Shown: positions 8,150-17,154 of the stretch, piece by piece
How the letters are laid out: every line of letters starts with the position of its first letter
How positions within the stretch are numbered: position 1 is the stretch's first letter
Position numbers and translations under genes: made by a program
Notes under the pieces: model-generated
Told to the model about the DNA's origin: nothing
What the model saw: only the letters and a program-made list of their open reading frames with translations
The model's database searches: none
From: Myxosarcina sp. GI1
GTDB taxonomy: Bacteria > Cyanobacteriota > Cyanobacteriia > Cyanobacteriales > Xenococcaceae
Length of the DNA stretch: 40,000 nucleotides
Direction: 5' to 3'
Assembly: GCF_000756305.1 (NCBI RefSeq)
Contig: NZ_JRFE01000017.1
Span: 205,434-245,433 of the forward strand

Positions 8150-9511
8150 TTAGTCTCCGCCTAGTTCGACTAATTTACCGATGTTAAAGTCAATTTTGAC
8201 CCAACCTTTGAGGCGGCGGAGGTTATCTAAAAGTAACAGGGGAATCTGCCAGTTATGAAGCATTAAGAAAGGCAACGGATCGTCTAGATCTAAAATTGCG
8301 TCCGTACCCGTCGTCACTTTATGCCACCAGGCTTTTAGTTCGGACAAAGAGCTTATTCCAGTCAGTCGCCACAACTCATGATATGTCCAGTAGGTTGGTT
8401 TGCTGTCAGGTAAGGGAGTAATCGGTTCTTCTCCAGGTTCGCCATCAGTCAAATAAGCTTTAGCTACTCCAGGATGGTCGTGAAACATGGTAATAGCCGA
8501 ATGCAGACGGGGATTGCACTCAATGGGATAAACCTTGCCATCTGCTGCTTGAATTACGTCAAAACAAACCTGTCCTGTTAAGTTGAGTTCGCTGACAAAC
8601 TTTTCTACCCACTGATAGATAGCGGGGTTATCTACTTGTTGGTAATTGATTTGAAAGGGAGAAGATTCGGAACAGCAGTGCAGTCTAATTTTGCCATTGC
8701 GTACGGTAGCGTGAAAGCAATATTCTTTACCGCGAATAAACTCTTGCATTACCCAAGGTTTATCTTCACTAATAGGTAAGTTTCTAACAAAACCTTCCAT
8801 TCCCTCAAAGGGCAATCTAGTTAGATCGAGGCGCAGCACCGAATCGTAAGGAATACTTTTAAGAATATATCTGCTACCATCGCTGTCAAAATCAAAATCG
8901 AGAATCTGTTGCGGATCGCTAATGCGAAATACTTTAGGTGCGGACAAACCAAGTTCGCGAGCTTTAGAACAAAAGGCATATTTGTCATCCAAAATCTCGG
9001 TTAATTCTGGATCGAGATGAATGGCTTGGCAATATGGTTCTAAAGTTTTTTTGGCTAAAGAATCGTAATAACTAGCGATGGGGCTGGAAACGGGAATAAA
9101 CAGATCGATATTATTTTGTTTGACTATTTTTAGTAATGCCTGACAATAGCCTTCTGGGTCTTGTTCGGGCACTGGTACAGTATAAAAGCCTTTAACCGCA
9201 CGTGAAAAGCGATGTCCCGACAGCCAATATTTATGGGTTTCGACTAAAAATACTGCGTGTCCGTCGCGATGAAAAAAGCGGGCTAGCTGTAAGGCTTTAG
9301 TCATCTTGGCACCAGTAATCAAAATTCTTTTCTTCTCGTTAGTGCCAATGTTTCTGCGGCGAAACGGAGTGGTAAAGATACTCCAAATTAAAGATAAAAA
9401 AACTACTGCTAGATTAAAGGGAAGTAAGAGTAATAATAAGAACAAAGTGCCAAGGTTCTTGACTATTGCCGAAGCTGTCCCCTGTCCCGAAACAAATAGT
9501 ATTTGTGCCAT
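8150..9511 (-). CDS. mysC: ATP-grasp ligase MysC (4-deoxygadusol + glycine gives mycosporine-glycine)
   Basis: 453 aa. Shared features with my recollection of Anabaena variabilis Ava_3856: N-terminal hydrophobic segment, then ILITGAKMTKALQLARFFH...HKYWLSGHRFS...YILKSIPYDSV..., and the C-terminus LRRLKGWVKIDFNIGKLVELGGD. Lies downstream of mysA and mysB. Confidence 0.85.
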   Translation of the reverse strand: MAQILFVSGQGTASAIVKNLGTLFLLLLLLPFNLAVVFLSLIWSIFTTPFRRRNIGTNEKKRILITGAKMTKALQLARFFHRDGHAVFLVETHKYWLSGHRFSRAVKGFYTVPVPEQDPEGYCQALLKIVKQNNIDLFIPVSSPIASYYDSLAKKTLEPYCQAIHLDPELTEILDDKYAFCSKARELGLSAPKVFRISDPQQILDFDFDSDGSRYILKSIPYDSVLRLDLTRLPFEGMEGFVRNLPISEDKPWVMQEFIRGKEYCFHATVRNGKIRLHCCSESSPFQINYQQVDNPAIYQWVEKFVSELNLTGQVCFDVIQAADGKVYPIECNPRLHSAITMFHDHPGVAKAYLTDGEPGEEPITPLPDSKPTYWTYHELWRLTGISSLSELKAWWHKVTTGTDAILDLDDPLPFLMLHNWQIPLLLLDNLRRLKGWVKIDFNIGKLVELGGD

Positions 9512-9677
9512 ATTTTTAACAAAATAGGAAGCAGAAAGTAAAGAGCAGGATAAAGAGAGCGGATTTTTTTCTGTTACCCTGGCTCTTTATTTTGTGGTAC
9601 TTACCAACGGTCAGAGCAGGCTCTGTCAATCGCTGAAGCAATTCGCCTTCGCATTGCGAAGTCGGCGGAGTAATCTC

Positions 9678-10508
9678 TTACTTGCGTTTGATGATGGTCA
9701 ATCCGTCACGCAAAGGAATCATGACTTGTTCGACACGCGGATCTTCAGCGACAAAACGATTAAAACGAGCGATCGCTTTGCCGTTAGTGGTTTGCTTGTC
9801 TGCTGATAGATATGGTTGTCCTTGCAGTAGGGTATTGTCTACGCAGATAAAACCATCGGGAGCGAGCAATTTGGTATCTAAGAGCAGACGAAAATAGTCG
9901 ATATATTCGCTTTTATCTGCATCTATAAACACTAAATCAAATGACTCACCTCTTTCTAGCAATTGCTGCATGGTTTCTAAGGCTGGTGCTACCTCGACCT
10001 TAATCTTTTCTCCATGAGGAGAAGCAGCAAAGCAGTCGATCGCAAATTTTGCTACATAGTCGTCAACTTCACAAGCTACTACATAACCATCATCAGGGAG
10101 AGCTTCAGCGATCGCCAGAGCGGAATAGCCCGTAAACATCCCTACTTCTAAGACGCGTTTGGATTTGGTAAGGGATACCAGCATTTTCAGCATTTGCCCC
10201 TCAATATGTCCCGACAGCATCTCTTGTTCTAAAGCGCGTACCGTCGCACCGTCACTAAAGTGTTTGCTCCAGTCCTCTTGTTGAGTTTTCTGAGATAAGT
10301 TAGCTAAAGCTTCAGATTCGGGAGTAGTGCAGTCTTCCAGATAGGGGTCGATACCTGCGGCTAGATGATATGCTTGGATTAAGGATGTCTTGAGTTCGGT
10401 GGAAACCGTTTCGGTTTCTGCTAACTTGAGGATTTGTTCTAGCTGCTGGACGAGAATTCCTAAAGGAGTAACTGGTCTAGCAGTTTTTTTTGCTGCTGTA
10501 CTCACCAC
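9678..10508 (-). CDS. mysB: cation-dependent (catechol-OMT-like) O-methyltransferase MysB
   Basis: 276 aa with a GTG start 2 nt after the mysA stop. ARPVTPLGIL...AAGIDPYLE.CTTPES...LEQEMLSGHIEGQ.LKM...FDLVFIDADK..Y...LLAPDGFICVDNTLLQG...RDGLTII matches recalled Ava_3857. Confidence 0.85.
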   Translation of the reverse strand: MVSTAAKKTARPVTPLGILVQQLEQILKLAETETVSTELKTSLIQAYHLAAGIDPYLEDCTTPESEALANLSQKTQQEDWSKHFSDGATVRALEQEMLSGHIEGQMLKMLVSLTKSKRVLEVGMFTGYSALAIAEALPDDGYVVACEVDDYVAKFAIDCFAASPHGEKIKVEVAPALETMQQLLERGESFDLVFIDADKSEYIDYFRLLLDTKLLAPDGFICVDNTLLQGQPYLSADKQTTNGKAIARFNRFVAEDPRVEQVMIPLRDGLTIIKRK

Positions 10509-10510
10509 AA

Positions 10511-11755
10511 TTAAATGCTCCCTGCTAATTCTAATTCTGCATCTTCTTTACCTTCGTTCATGTACACTTGCGTACCTAACCCTGCATCGGGATAGTCAGC
10601 GCAAATGCGTCTGTGTTCGGCTAAGGCTTCTTCTAACTCTTCTTTAGACAGATCGTTAATAAAGTAACAAGTACCAATGGGTTTTGGTACTGCCGCTCTC
10701 AACAAACCATCTCTAGTTTGAGTTATCGACTCGCTGGCTTTCCACAACAGATCGATGTCTAATAAGGGATTGTCTAAAGCCAAACCAATATTATTCATTG
10801 TCTGGAGGATGCGATCGCGTTCTGCTTCGGTAATATAGCCGCGTCTTGCTGCGATCGTAGCCGACAGTGCCATGTCGATATTAACCGCATGACCGTGATA
10901 TAAAGGTACTTCGGGAGTAAGCTCTACAGTAGGACTCCAGGTATGTCCGTAAGCAATTACCCGATCTAAATCGAGTTCGTGTAAGTTAGGTGCTTCCAAC
11001 TCCAGCATTTTTTTAATTGCTTTGTAGGTTACTTTGCGTCCGATTTCTTTAATCTCTTCATCACCATTGAGATAGCCAAAGCGAGTCTCTAGTAGTCGTT
11101 TGCCATATTTTTCCAATAGCTCGAATACTTCATTATGAGAGACTACGGCAATCTTGACTAACTCTGCCATACCGTTACGTACCTGAGCGGTAGGTAAGGT
11201 GCGTAAGAAAGAAAAGTCTAAGATTACTTGCTTCGAGGCATGATAAGCACCGAGGCGATTTTTGAGTTTTTTGTGGTTGACTGCCACTTTAATGGCAACG
11301 CTGGCATCCACCAAACCTATCATGGTTGTAGGAATGCGAATATAGTTGCTGCTACGACGATATGCCGCACAGGCAAAACCCGCTACGTCGGTAATCAAAC
11401 CACCGCCAACTACCAAAACTGGCTCTTTACGTACCAAACCAAAATCGGCAAAAGCATCGACAATTTTTTCTAATGTCCGCATACTTTTATCGAGTTCGGT
11501 AATGATGATGGGGAATACCTTTAGTTCGATGTCGTAATGCTGAAAGTAAGCATCGATCTCTTTTTTATAGAGCTGATACACGTTGGCATCTACTACCATT
11601 AAACAGCGTCCGAACTTACGATAGCTTTCGGCTATTTCCGTATTTTCTACTTTGAATACTCCTTCTACAAACAGAAGATCGTACTCAATCTTTTCATAAC
11701 CTTCTACGCGAAAGTTATTGTCTGTAGCTACAAACTTGGCTTCAATTTGACTCAT
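10511..11755 (-). CDS. mysA: demethyl-4-deoxygadusol synthase (sedoheptulose-7-phosphate cyclase, DHQS-like) MysA
   Basis: 414 aa. [90 protein letters not shown] and [14 protein letters not shown] closely match my memory of Ava_3858. Confidence 0.85.
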   Translation of the reverse strand: MSQIEAKFVATDNNFRVEGYEKIEYDLLFVEGVFKVENTEIAESYRKFGRCLMVVDANVYQLYKKEIDAYFQHYDIELKVFPIIITELDKSMRTLEKIVDAFADFGLVRKEPVLVVGGGLITDVAGFACAAYRRSSNYIRIPTTMIGLVDASVAIKVAVNHKKLKNRLGAYHASKQVILDFSFLRTLPTAQVRNGMAELVKIAVVSHNEVFELLEKYGKRLLETRFGYLNGDEEIKEIGRKVTYKAIKKMLELEAPNLHELDLDRVIAYGHTWSPTVELTPEVPLYHGHAVNIDMALSATIAARRGYITEAERDRILQTMNNIGLALDNPLLDIDLLWKASESITQTRDGLLRAAVPKPIGTCYFINDLSKEELEEALAEHRRICADYPDAGLGTQVYMNEGKEDAELELAGSI

Positions 11756-12278
11756 TACTTTCTCGAAATAAACACAACTAAACTTACTACAAAATTATTT
11801 TGCAGATTTAACTTTCACTAGCGTGCTTGCGTAGATTTTATTTGCTGTAGTCGTAACAATAAATACATTGTTTCAACATAGGTACAAATTTTTGCGGCAT
11901 TAAAAATATAACCATTAGCATTAATGGCAATATCTCTGACTGCATATCTAGCAGCTCGCTGGTTTCCAATTTTTAGCCGAGCGTTTTTCCCTGCGACACA
12001 TAAATATGGGGGTTGCCTGGCTAAATTTTAAAAAATAATTATCCTCAAAAAAGTACTGTTGTTAAGCTTTTTAGCTTGTTAAATTTTTCGATCCCGATAT
12101 ATTTAAGCATATTTCCCTTACCATGAGTATCTGCACATAGTCATAGTTGAAAAAAATACTCCTCGAGTTAAGACTAATCATTTAATCGGCTAAAAGCTTG
12201 GGAAAAAAATGACTTACTTTTGTTGATTTACTATTTTATTAAAGCAAGTTTACACAATAGAGTCTATCACTAATTATT

Positions 12279-12307
12279 AAAAAAATGTAAAAAAATGTAA
12301 AAAAAAT
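12279..12307. repeat. short direct repeat AAAAAATGTA x2 in the long spacer upstream of mysA
   Basis: Read directly (taaaaaaatgtaaaaaaatgtaaaaaaaatcc). Confidence 0.6.
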
Positions 12308-12564
12308 CCTTATATTCGAATTTTTGCTTAATATTTATCTCAAGTCAGTTGACAAATATTCAAAAACATTATAAAAAACTTTTTTTATAAAAGCGAGGCG
12401 AACAGAATAACTGAGATCGAATGGTAACAGAGCGCTCTTTAACTCAAATGCAAACACCACTAACCACTAAAGTATTAAAGTAAGCCTAATGCCTATAGTT
12501 AAATTAAGTTAAGATTGACTTATTTATCTATTCTTTAAAATCTTTAAAAAATAAAAATATCAAA

Positions 12565-12610
12565 AGGCGTGTTTGACAATCAAGCGAGGGCTAGAGAGAA
12601 AAACACACCT
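12565..12610. terminator. hairpin with T-rich flanks on both strands; candidate terminator for the GH57 gene
   Basis: AGGCGTGTTT (12565-12574) pairs with AAACACACCT (12601-12610) at 9 of 10 positions, with a 26-nt loop. T-runs follow on both strands. It lies 40 nt downstream of the GH57 stop. Confidence 0.4.
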
Positions 12611-12649
12611 CATATTTTTATTTATTGCTATTACCAGCTAAAAAGCAGG

Positions 12650-14899
12650 CTATGGAGCTTGCAAGGTCACTAAATTATTTTCTGGCACATAGCTGCGGTA
12701 CTCACCACGCTCGGCAAAAACAGCAAGAATATGTAGGGGATAGTCTGGTTCGATGTGCAAATCTGCCCAGGGAACGGCAATTTCTAAGCATTTATCAAAC
12801 ACTGCTTCGGCACGACACGCACGAGTATGCCAGGTATAATGTTCTTCGGCTTCTTCTAACCAAACCGACTCGGTAATTAGATTGATTCCCAGATGATGGT
12901 GAAACTGATAATTTAATGGTGCTTCGTCGGGTAAACCAGACAGAGAAGCGGGGCTATTGTGTTTGATTACATTAGGATAATACCAGAATAAATGCAGTTC
13001 TCCTGGTAAATCTTCCCCAGGTTTAACACCAGATTTAAAATCGAGACGGAAATAAAAGTTGCGGTGATCCAAACCGTAAAAAAGTCGCTGCACTGTGCTG
13101 CTGCGGTGCATAGTGCCTCTAGCACCACCAATTTCGATTCTACCCGCTCTGTCCCAATCTTGCTCGTCTCCGTTCCCGTTAATAATTGGATGAATGTAGC
13201 TTAAAGGCTGGCGATCGCCTCTAGCTTCATGAACATCTACTGACTGATATAAATTTTTGGGAATTGGTTCATTCAAAGCGCGATAGATGGCGCAGATATG
13301 TTCGCGGAACAGGCGATCGAACATGGCATCTTGATTGGAAGAATGTCCTTCACCAAACCACCAGAACCAATCCGAACCTTCAGCAGCATACAAAGCCTCC
13401 CAGACTTCGGGGTTGTTTTCTTCTGTAGCTTCGGGATGTTGTGCTAATACTTCTCTAGCAGCAGTTAACAAGTCCCAGGCACGATTTTTGACAGGATCGC
13501 CAATCCAGGTAGTAAAGTTGCCATCTACCCAGGAACCGCTATGTAGTCCCTCGGCAGGAATAGTTGCACTAGGGGGAAACTGTTCGATAAATTCGTTGAC
13601 GGTTACTAACTTGATGTCTTCATCTTTGCTCAGACGTTCGTACAGAGCTTCTAAAAAAGGTATGCCGTCGCGCTGATAGTATTCCCAGCAGTTTTCGCCA
13701 TCGAGAGCAATGGTTACTAGCCAGGGTTGTTCTAAAGCGGCTTCGGGATTACCTTGATGGGATTTTAGCGATCGCGCAATCGCATCCAAATGACCGATTA
13801 AATCCGATGCGGCATGACGGGGATTCATACCGCTATAGGTAAAGCCAACTAAATCTGACAGACGATGATCGCGGAACACAATTGACAAATCGCCGTGTTC
13901 GGTTTCCAAGCGATAGGGACGATAGAGTAGTTCTGGTTCGTAAACGTTACCTGCTTCGTCGCGATGGAAGAAGTGCTTGATACTCCAACCGAGTACGGCT
14001 TCGTCGGAACAAATCCACTTAAAACCCTGCTTGCTAATGTAGGGCAATATTGTCGGACTGACAGATTGTTCTGAGGGCCATAGCCCATATGGTTCTCGGT
14101 TGAATCTCTGTAAATACATATCCCAGGCTTTGCTGAGATGACGGGGTATATCTTCTTCCCACTGAAAACGCATCTGCGGCAACGCCATTTCGGGTACTGC
14201 TACGCGACCAGAATTAGTATCGGCAAGTAGAGGTAAAATCGGATGGGTGTAGGGAGTTGTGGTAACTTCCAGCTGTCCTGCATCCTGCATTTTTTTGTGT
14301 TGGGGAATGATGCGACGAATAATTTCTTTTTGTTTGGAATAAATACGCTGGCGATCGCTTAAAGTAAAATCTTTGCCTTTTTTCAACCAGGCGGCAATTT
14401 CTCGGTCGTCCCAAAATAACGGATCGATCCAAGCTAGATTATGCCACGCTAACAAGTCGCTATAGTCCCGACCTTTCCAGTTTTCCAGACACCAGGGTTT
14501 CCCTTTTTCCTGTCGCTGTTGATAGAGTTGGTTATAGCGAGGATGGGGTTCTACTAAGGTGTGGTAGTAGCCATCAAAAAAATGCTCGATGATATACTGC
14601 TTTTGTTCGATTGTAAGCTTTGCTACTGGGGTTAAAGCCAAAGCTAAATAGGGATCGATCGCCTCACCTGCGGCATAGTCTTCTAGCTGCAAGATTAAAG
14701 AGGGAACCAGGTTTACGGTTTGATGCAGCTTTGGATAGCGTTCCAGCAGCAAGACTAAATCGAGATAATCTTTAGTTCCGTGTAAGCGCACCCAGGGCAA
14801 ACGATATTGTCCCCAAGAGTCTGTGCCTACTGCTTCGCGTGATTTATAAAGGGGTTGATGTTGATGCCAAATAAAAGCGACATAGAGAGGATGGGACAT
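12650..14899 (-). CDS. glycoside hydrolase family 57 protein (alpha-glucan acting)
   Basis: 749 aa. GH57 conserved regions are visible: FIWHQHQP, EVTTTPYTHPILPLL, LWPSEQSVS and IALDGENCWEYY. Confidence 0.8.
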   Translation of the reverse strand: MSHPLYVAFIWHQHQPLYKSREAVGTDSWGQYRLPWVRLHGTKDYLDLVLLLERYPKLHQTVNLVPSLILQLEDYAAGEAIDPYLALALTPVAKLTIEQKQYIIEHFFDGYYHTLVEPHPRYNQLYQQRQEKGKPWCLENWKGRDYSDLLAWHNLAWIDPLFWDDREIAAWLKKGKDFTLSDRQRIYSKQKEIIRRIIPQHKKMQDAGQLEVTTTPYTHPILPLLADTNSGRVAVPEMALPQMRFQWEEDIPRHLSKAWDMYLQRFNREPYGLWPSEQSVSPTILPYISKQGFKWICSDEAVLGWSIKHFFHRDEAGNVYEPELLYRPYRLETEHGDLSIVFRDHRLSDLVGFTYSGMNPRHAASDLIGHLDAIARSLKSHQGNPEAALEQPWLVTIALDGENCWEYYQRDGIPFLEALYERLSKDEDIKLVTVNEFIEQFPPSATIPAEGLHSGSWVDGNFTTWIGDPVKNRAWDLLTAAREVLAQHPEATEENNPEVWEALYAAEGSDWFWWFGEGHSSNQDAMFDRLFREHICAIYRALNEPIPKNLYQSVDVHEARGDRQPLSYIHPIINGNGDEQDWDRAGRIEIGGARGTMHRSSTVQRLFYGLDHRNFYFRLDFKSGVKPGEDLPGELHLFWYYPNVIKHNSPASLSGLPDEAPLNYQFHHHLGINLITESVWLEEAEEHYTWHTRACRAEAVFDKCLEIAVPWADLHIEPDYPLHILAVFAERGEYRSYVPENNLVTLQAP

Positions 14900-15062
14900 T
14901 GATCGGTGTTAGCTGTAAATTGTCAATTATGGGTCTTTATCATTAGCTATGATAGTTTCGATCTGGGAAAAGAAACCAACATAGTTGTTCCCTGAGTTCG
15001 ATCGCCTAAAAATGTTACCAATATTTTAGTTCGATCGCTTTATTTTTACTGTTTTAAGATAC

Positions 15063-15941
15063 ATGAGTATAAAACAATCGATCGCAGGAACCACCCAACT
15101 GTTAGGAGTAATTGGCGATCCAGTCAAACATTCTTGTTCGCCAGTAATGCACAATGCGGCGATCGCGCAGTTGGGATTGGACTATGTTTATCTACCTCTA
15201 CCAGTAAAAGCAATAGATTTACAGACAGCATTAGCAGGATTTGCGGCGATCGATCTAGTTGGGTTTAATATCACTATTCCCCACAAAACAGCAGTGATGC
15301 CTTTGCTCTATGAAATCTCTCCTACTGCTAAAAAAGTAGGTGCGGTTAATACCGTCTGGCGTACTGAAACAGGTTGGAGCGGTACCAATACCGATGTCAC
15401 TGGCTTTATCGCTCCTTTAAAAGCTATGTCGCGAGATTGGAGCAATGTTAATCCTGTAGTTATAGGTAATGGCGGTGCGGCTAGAGCGGTAATAGTAGGT
15501 CTTGCAGAACTCGGTTGCCCAGAAATTCACGTCGTGGGGCGCAATTATCAAAAATTGGCGCAATTTTATCAAAGTTGGCAGAATATACCCGAAATTAGTT
15601 CTATTTTAAAAATTCATTACTTAGATAATTTAAATATTTTAATTCCTGCTGCCGATCTGTTGATTAACACAACACCAGTAGGTATGTCTCCTAATGTAGA
15701 TAATTCACCCGTAGATGCTATAGCAATGAAGAAGTTAAAACCAGATGCGATCGCCTACGACCTGATTTATAATCCTAGTCCGACCAAGTTTTTACAGCTT
15801 GCCAAAGATAATGGTGCAGTTTCGATCGATGGGCTAGAAATGCTGGTTATGCAAGGAGCGGCAGCTTTAGAGATTTGGCTACAGCAACCCGTACCAGTAG
15901 AAGTGATGCGCCAGACACTGAGAGAGGCGATTTATTCGTAG
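15063..15941 (+). CDS. aroE: shikimate dehydrogenase
   Basis: 292 aa. GVIGDPVKHSCSPVMHNAA, FNITIPHK, AVNT..., GTNTDVTGF and VIGNGGAARA form the typical AroE motif order. Confidence 0.85.
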   Translation: MSIKQSIAGTTQLLGVIGDPVKHSCSPVMHNAAIAQLGLDYVYLPLPVKAIDLQTALAGFAAIDLVGFNITIPHKTAVMPLLYEISPTAKKVGAVNTVWRTETGWSGTNTDVTGFIAPLKAMSRDWSNVNPVVIGNGGAARAVIVGLAELGCPEIHVVGRNYQKLAQFYQSWQNIPEISSILKIHYLDNLNILIPAADLLINTTPVGMSPNVDNSPVDAIAMKKLKPDAIAYDLIYNPSPTKFLQLAKDNGAVSIDGLEMLVMQGAAALEIWLQQPVPVEVMRQTLREAIYS

Positions 15942-16005
15942 AGGTAAACTTTAGGTAATTTGTCAAATTTTTTTAAGTTATTAGTCATTAGGGTGGGCAA
16001 AATTA

Positions 16006-16159
16006 GTAGGGTAGGCAAATAATTATCAGAGTTAATTATCGTTTCAGGGATAACTCTTTGCCCACCAAATCAACCAATCATCGACATTAAATTTTAATTG
16101 CGGTGGGCATTAAGAAAATTATGCGTCACGTTTCAAGTAGTTAGTAATGCCCACCCTAC
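16006..16159 (+). repeat. REP doublet unit, left copy (two hairpins: GGCAAA...TTTGCCCACC and GGTGGGCATT...AATGCCCACC)
   Basis: Starts GTAGGGTAGGCAAA and ends AATGCCCACCCTAC, and aligns along its length with 16811-16961 in the same orientation. An extra head copy TAGGGTGGGCAAAA sits at 15989-16002. Confidence 0.75.
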
Positions 16160-16176
16160 CCATCAATAATCCATGT

Positions 16177-16710
16177 TTAAACGGAAAAGCGATCGCAAAC
16201 ACAACCCCAATTCGCTGGATATCTGCCTCGTTTTACCCAGCGATCAAAGCTAGAATATTGCCACAAATGAGGACAAGAAACCAATTTATGTTTGACGGGA
16301 TTATTATGAATGTAATCTAAATGTTTTTGCAGATCTGTTTCATCGGCGATCGCATGTTCCCAAAACCTACGTTGCCAGACATCACTTTCGCGATGTTTGT
16401 GACGAGATGCCGAAAGTTCGAGATTTGAAAAGTTTTTAGCTTTGTAAGCACGAGTAAATAAAACTTTCATTCTCGATATTCGTTGAGAATAATCAGCATC
16501 GTCAGGAGGTAATTGCCACAGGAAATGTAGATGGTCTGGCAAAATTACCGCCGCTAATATTTTGAAAGGTTTTTTATCCTTAATTTTAGCGATTGCCATA
16601 CGTAAAATTTCAATGTTTTGAGGATCTTTAAACAAAGGTCGGCGACAATAAGTAACTATAGTAAAGAAATAGGTGCCACCTGGAATATACAGTCTTCGAT
16701 AGTTGGGCAT
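16177..16710 (-). CDS. REP-associated tyrosine transposase (RAYT; IS200/Y1 HUH family)
   Basis: 177 aa. Has the HUH motif LPDHLHFLW and a catalytic-Tyr region LDYIHNNPVKHKL, and begins RRLYIPGGTYFFT, typical of TnpA-REP proteins. Confidence 0.8.
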   Translation of the reverse strand: MPNYRRLYIPGGTYFFTIVTYCRRPLFKDPQNIEILRMAIAKIKDKKPFKILAAVILPDHLHFLWQLPPDDADYSQRISRMKVLFTRAYKAKNFSNLELSASRHKHRESDVWQRRFWEHAIADETDLQKHLDYIHNNPVKHKLVSCPHLWQYSSFDRWVKRGRYPANWGCVCDRFSV

Positions 16711-16810
16711 TATGATTGGGTATAGCGATCACTTCAATTAGAGAATGCCCTATGGGGTAAATATTTTTACATCTCTCGAACCTGAAGCCTCGACCATGCC
16801 TTGTAGCCTT

Positions 16811-16961
16811 GTAGGGTGGGCAAACAATCAGCAGAGTCAATTATCGCTTGGGGATAACTCTTTGCCCACCAAATAACCGATTGTTAGCATTAAAATGCGA
16901 TCGCGGTAAGCATCAGATGATTATTCGTCACCTTTAAAGTGTTTGACAATGCCTACCCTAC
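16811..16961 (+). repeat. REP doublet unit, right copy
   Basis: Starts GTAGGGTGGGCAAAC and ends AATGCCTACCCTAC. Its second hairpin differs from the left copy by a paired G-C to A-T change (GGTAAGCAT with ATGCCTACC) plus one mismatch. Confidence 0.75.
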
Positions 16962-17008
16962 GGTGATGCTGTGGGGTTAAATTAATTTTTTAAAATTTTA
17001 TAAAAAAA

Positions 17009-17071
17009 GGTGGGCAATGTAGCTCTACAGTAAAATCTCTATTGAATGTTGCGAGCGTTTGCCCACCCTAC
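17009..17071 (+). repeat. additional single REP hairpin (GGTGGGCAATG...GTTTGCCCACCCTAC)
   Basis: Read directly. Same terminal motif as the doublet units. Confidence 0.65.
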
Positions 17072-17124
17072 AAAGATGCGATCTCTTTATTATCAAAATT
17101 ATGACCGTTCAATTTCGAGCTACC

Positions 17125-17148
17125 ACTTGCTACTTGCTACTCGCTACT
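17125..17148. repeat. heptamer tandem repeat (ACTTGCT)n, about 3.4 units
   Basis: Read directly: ACTTGCT ACTTGCT ACTCGCT ACTT. It lies just beyond the 3' end of the reductase gene. Confidence 0.7.
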
Positions 17149-17154
17149 TTTTAT

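Larger units (their letters stand above)
15989..17071. mobile_element. REP/RAYT locus: RAYT gene flanked by REP hairpin doublets
   Basis: Units bearing GTAGGGTGGGCA...TGCCCACCCTAC lie on both sides of the IS200-like Y1 transposase ORF. See the individual repeat entries below. Confidence 0.7.

Noticed and set aside
12650-15941. aroE (shikimate pathway) and GH57 considered as functional members of the MAA cluster
   Set aside because: MysA-type DDGS uses sedoheptulose-7-phosphate, not a shikimate intermediate. aroE is on the opposite strand, beyond a 0.9-kb spacer and the GH57 gene. The adjacency is most simply coincidental.
16628-16840. 70-aa minus-strand ORF overlapping the RAYT 5' end and the right REP unit
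   Set aside because: It overlaps the well-supported RAYT CDS in another frame, runs into repeat DNA, and has no recognisable motifs.
15989-17071. Palindromic GGTGGGCA repeats considered as a CRISPR array or the ends of a classical IS element
   Set aside because: There is no constant repeat/spacer periodicity. The enclosed gene is an HUH/Y1 RAYT-type protein, not a DDE transposase, and the repeats are hairpin-forming REP units.
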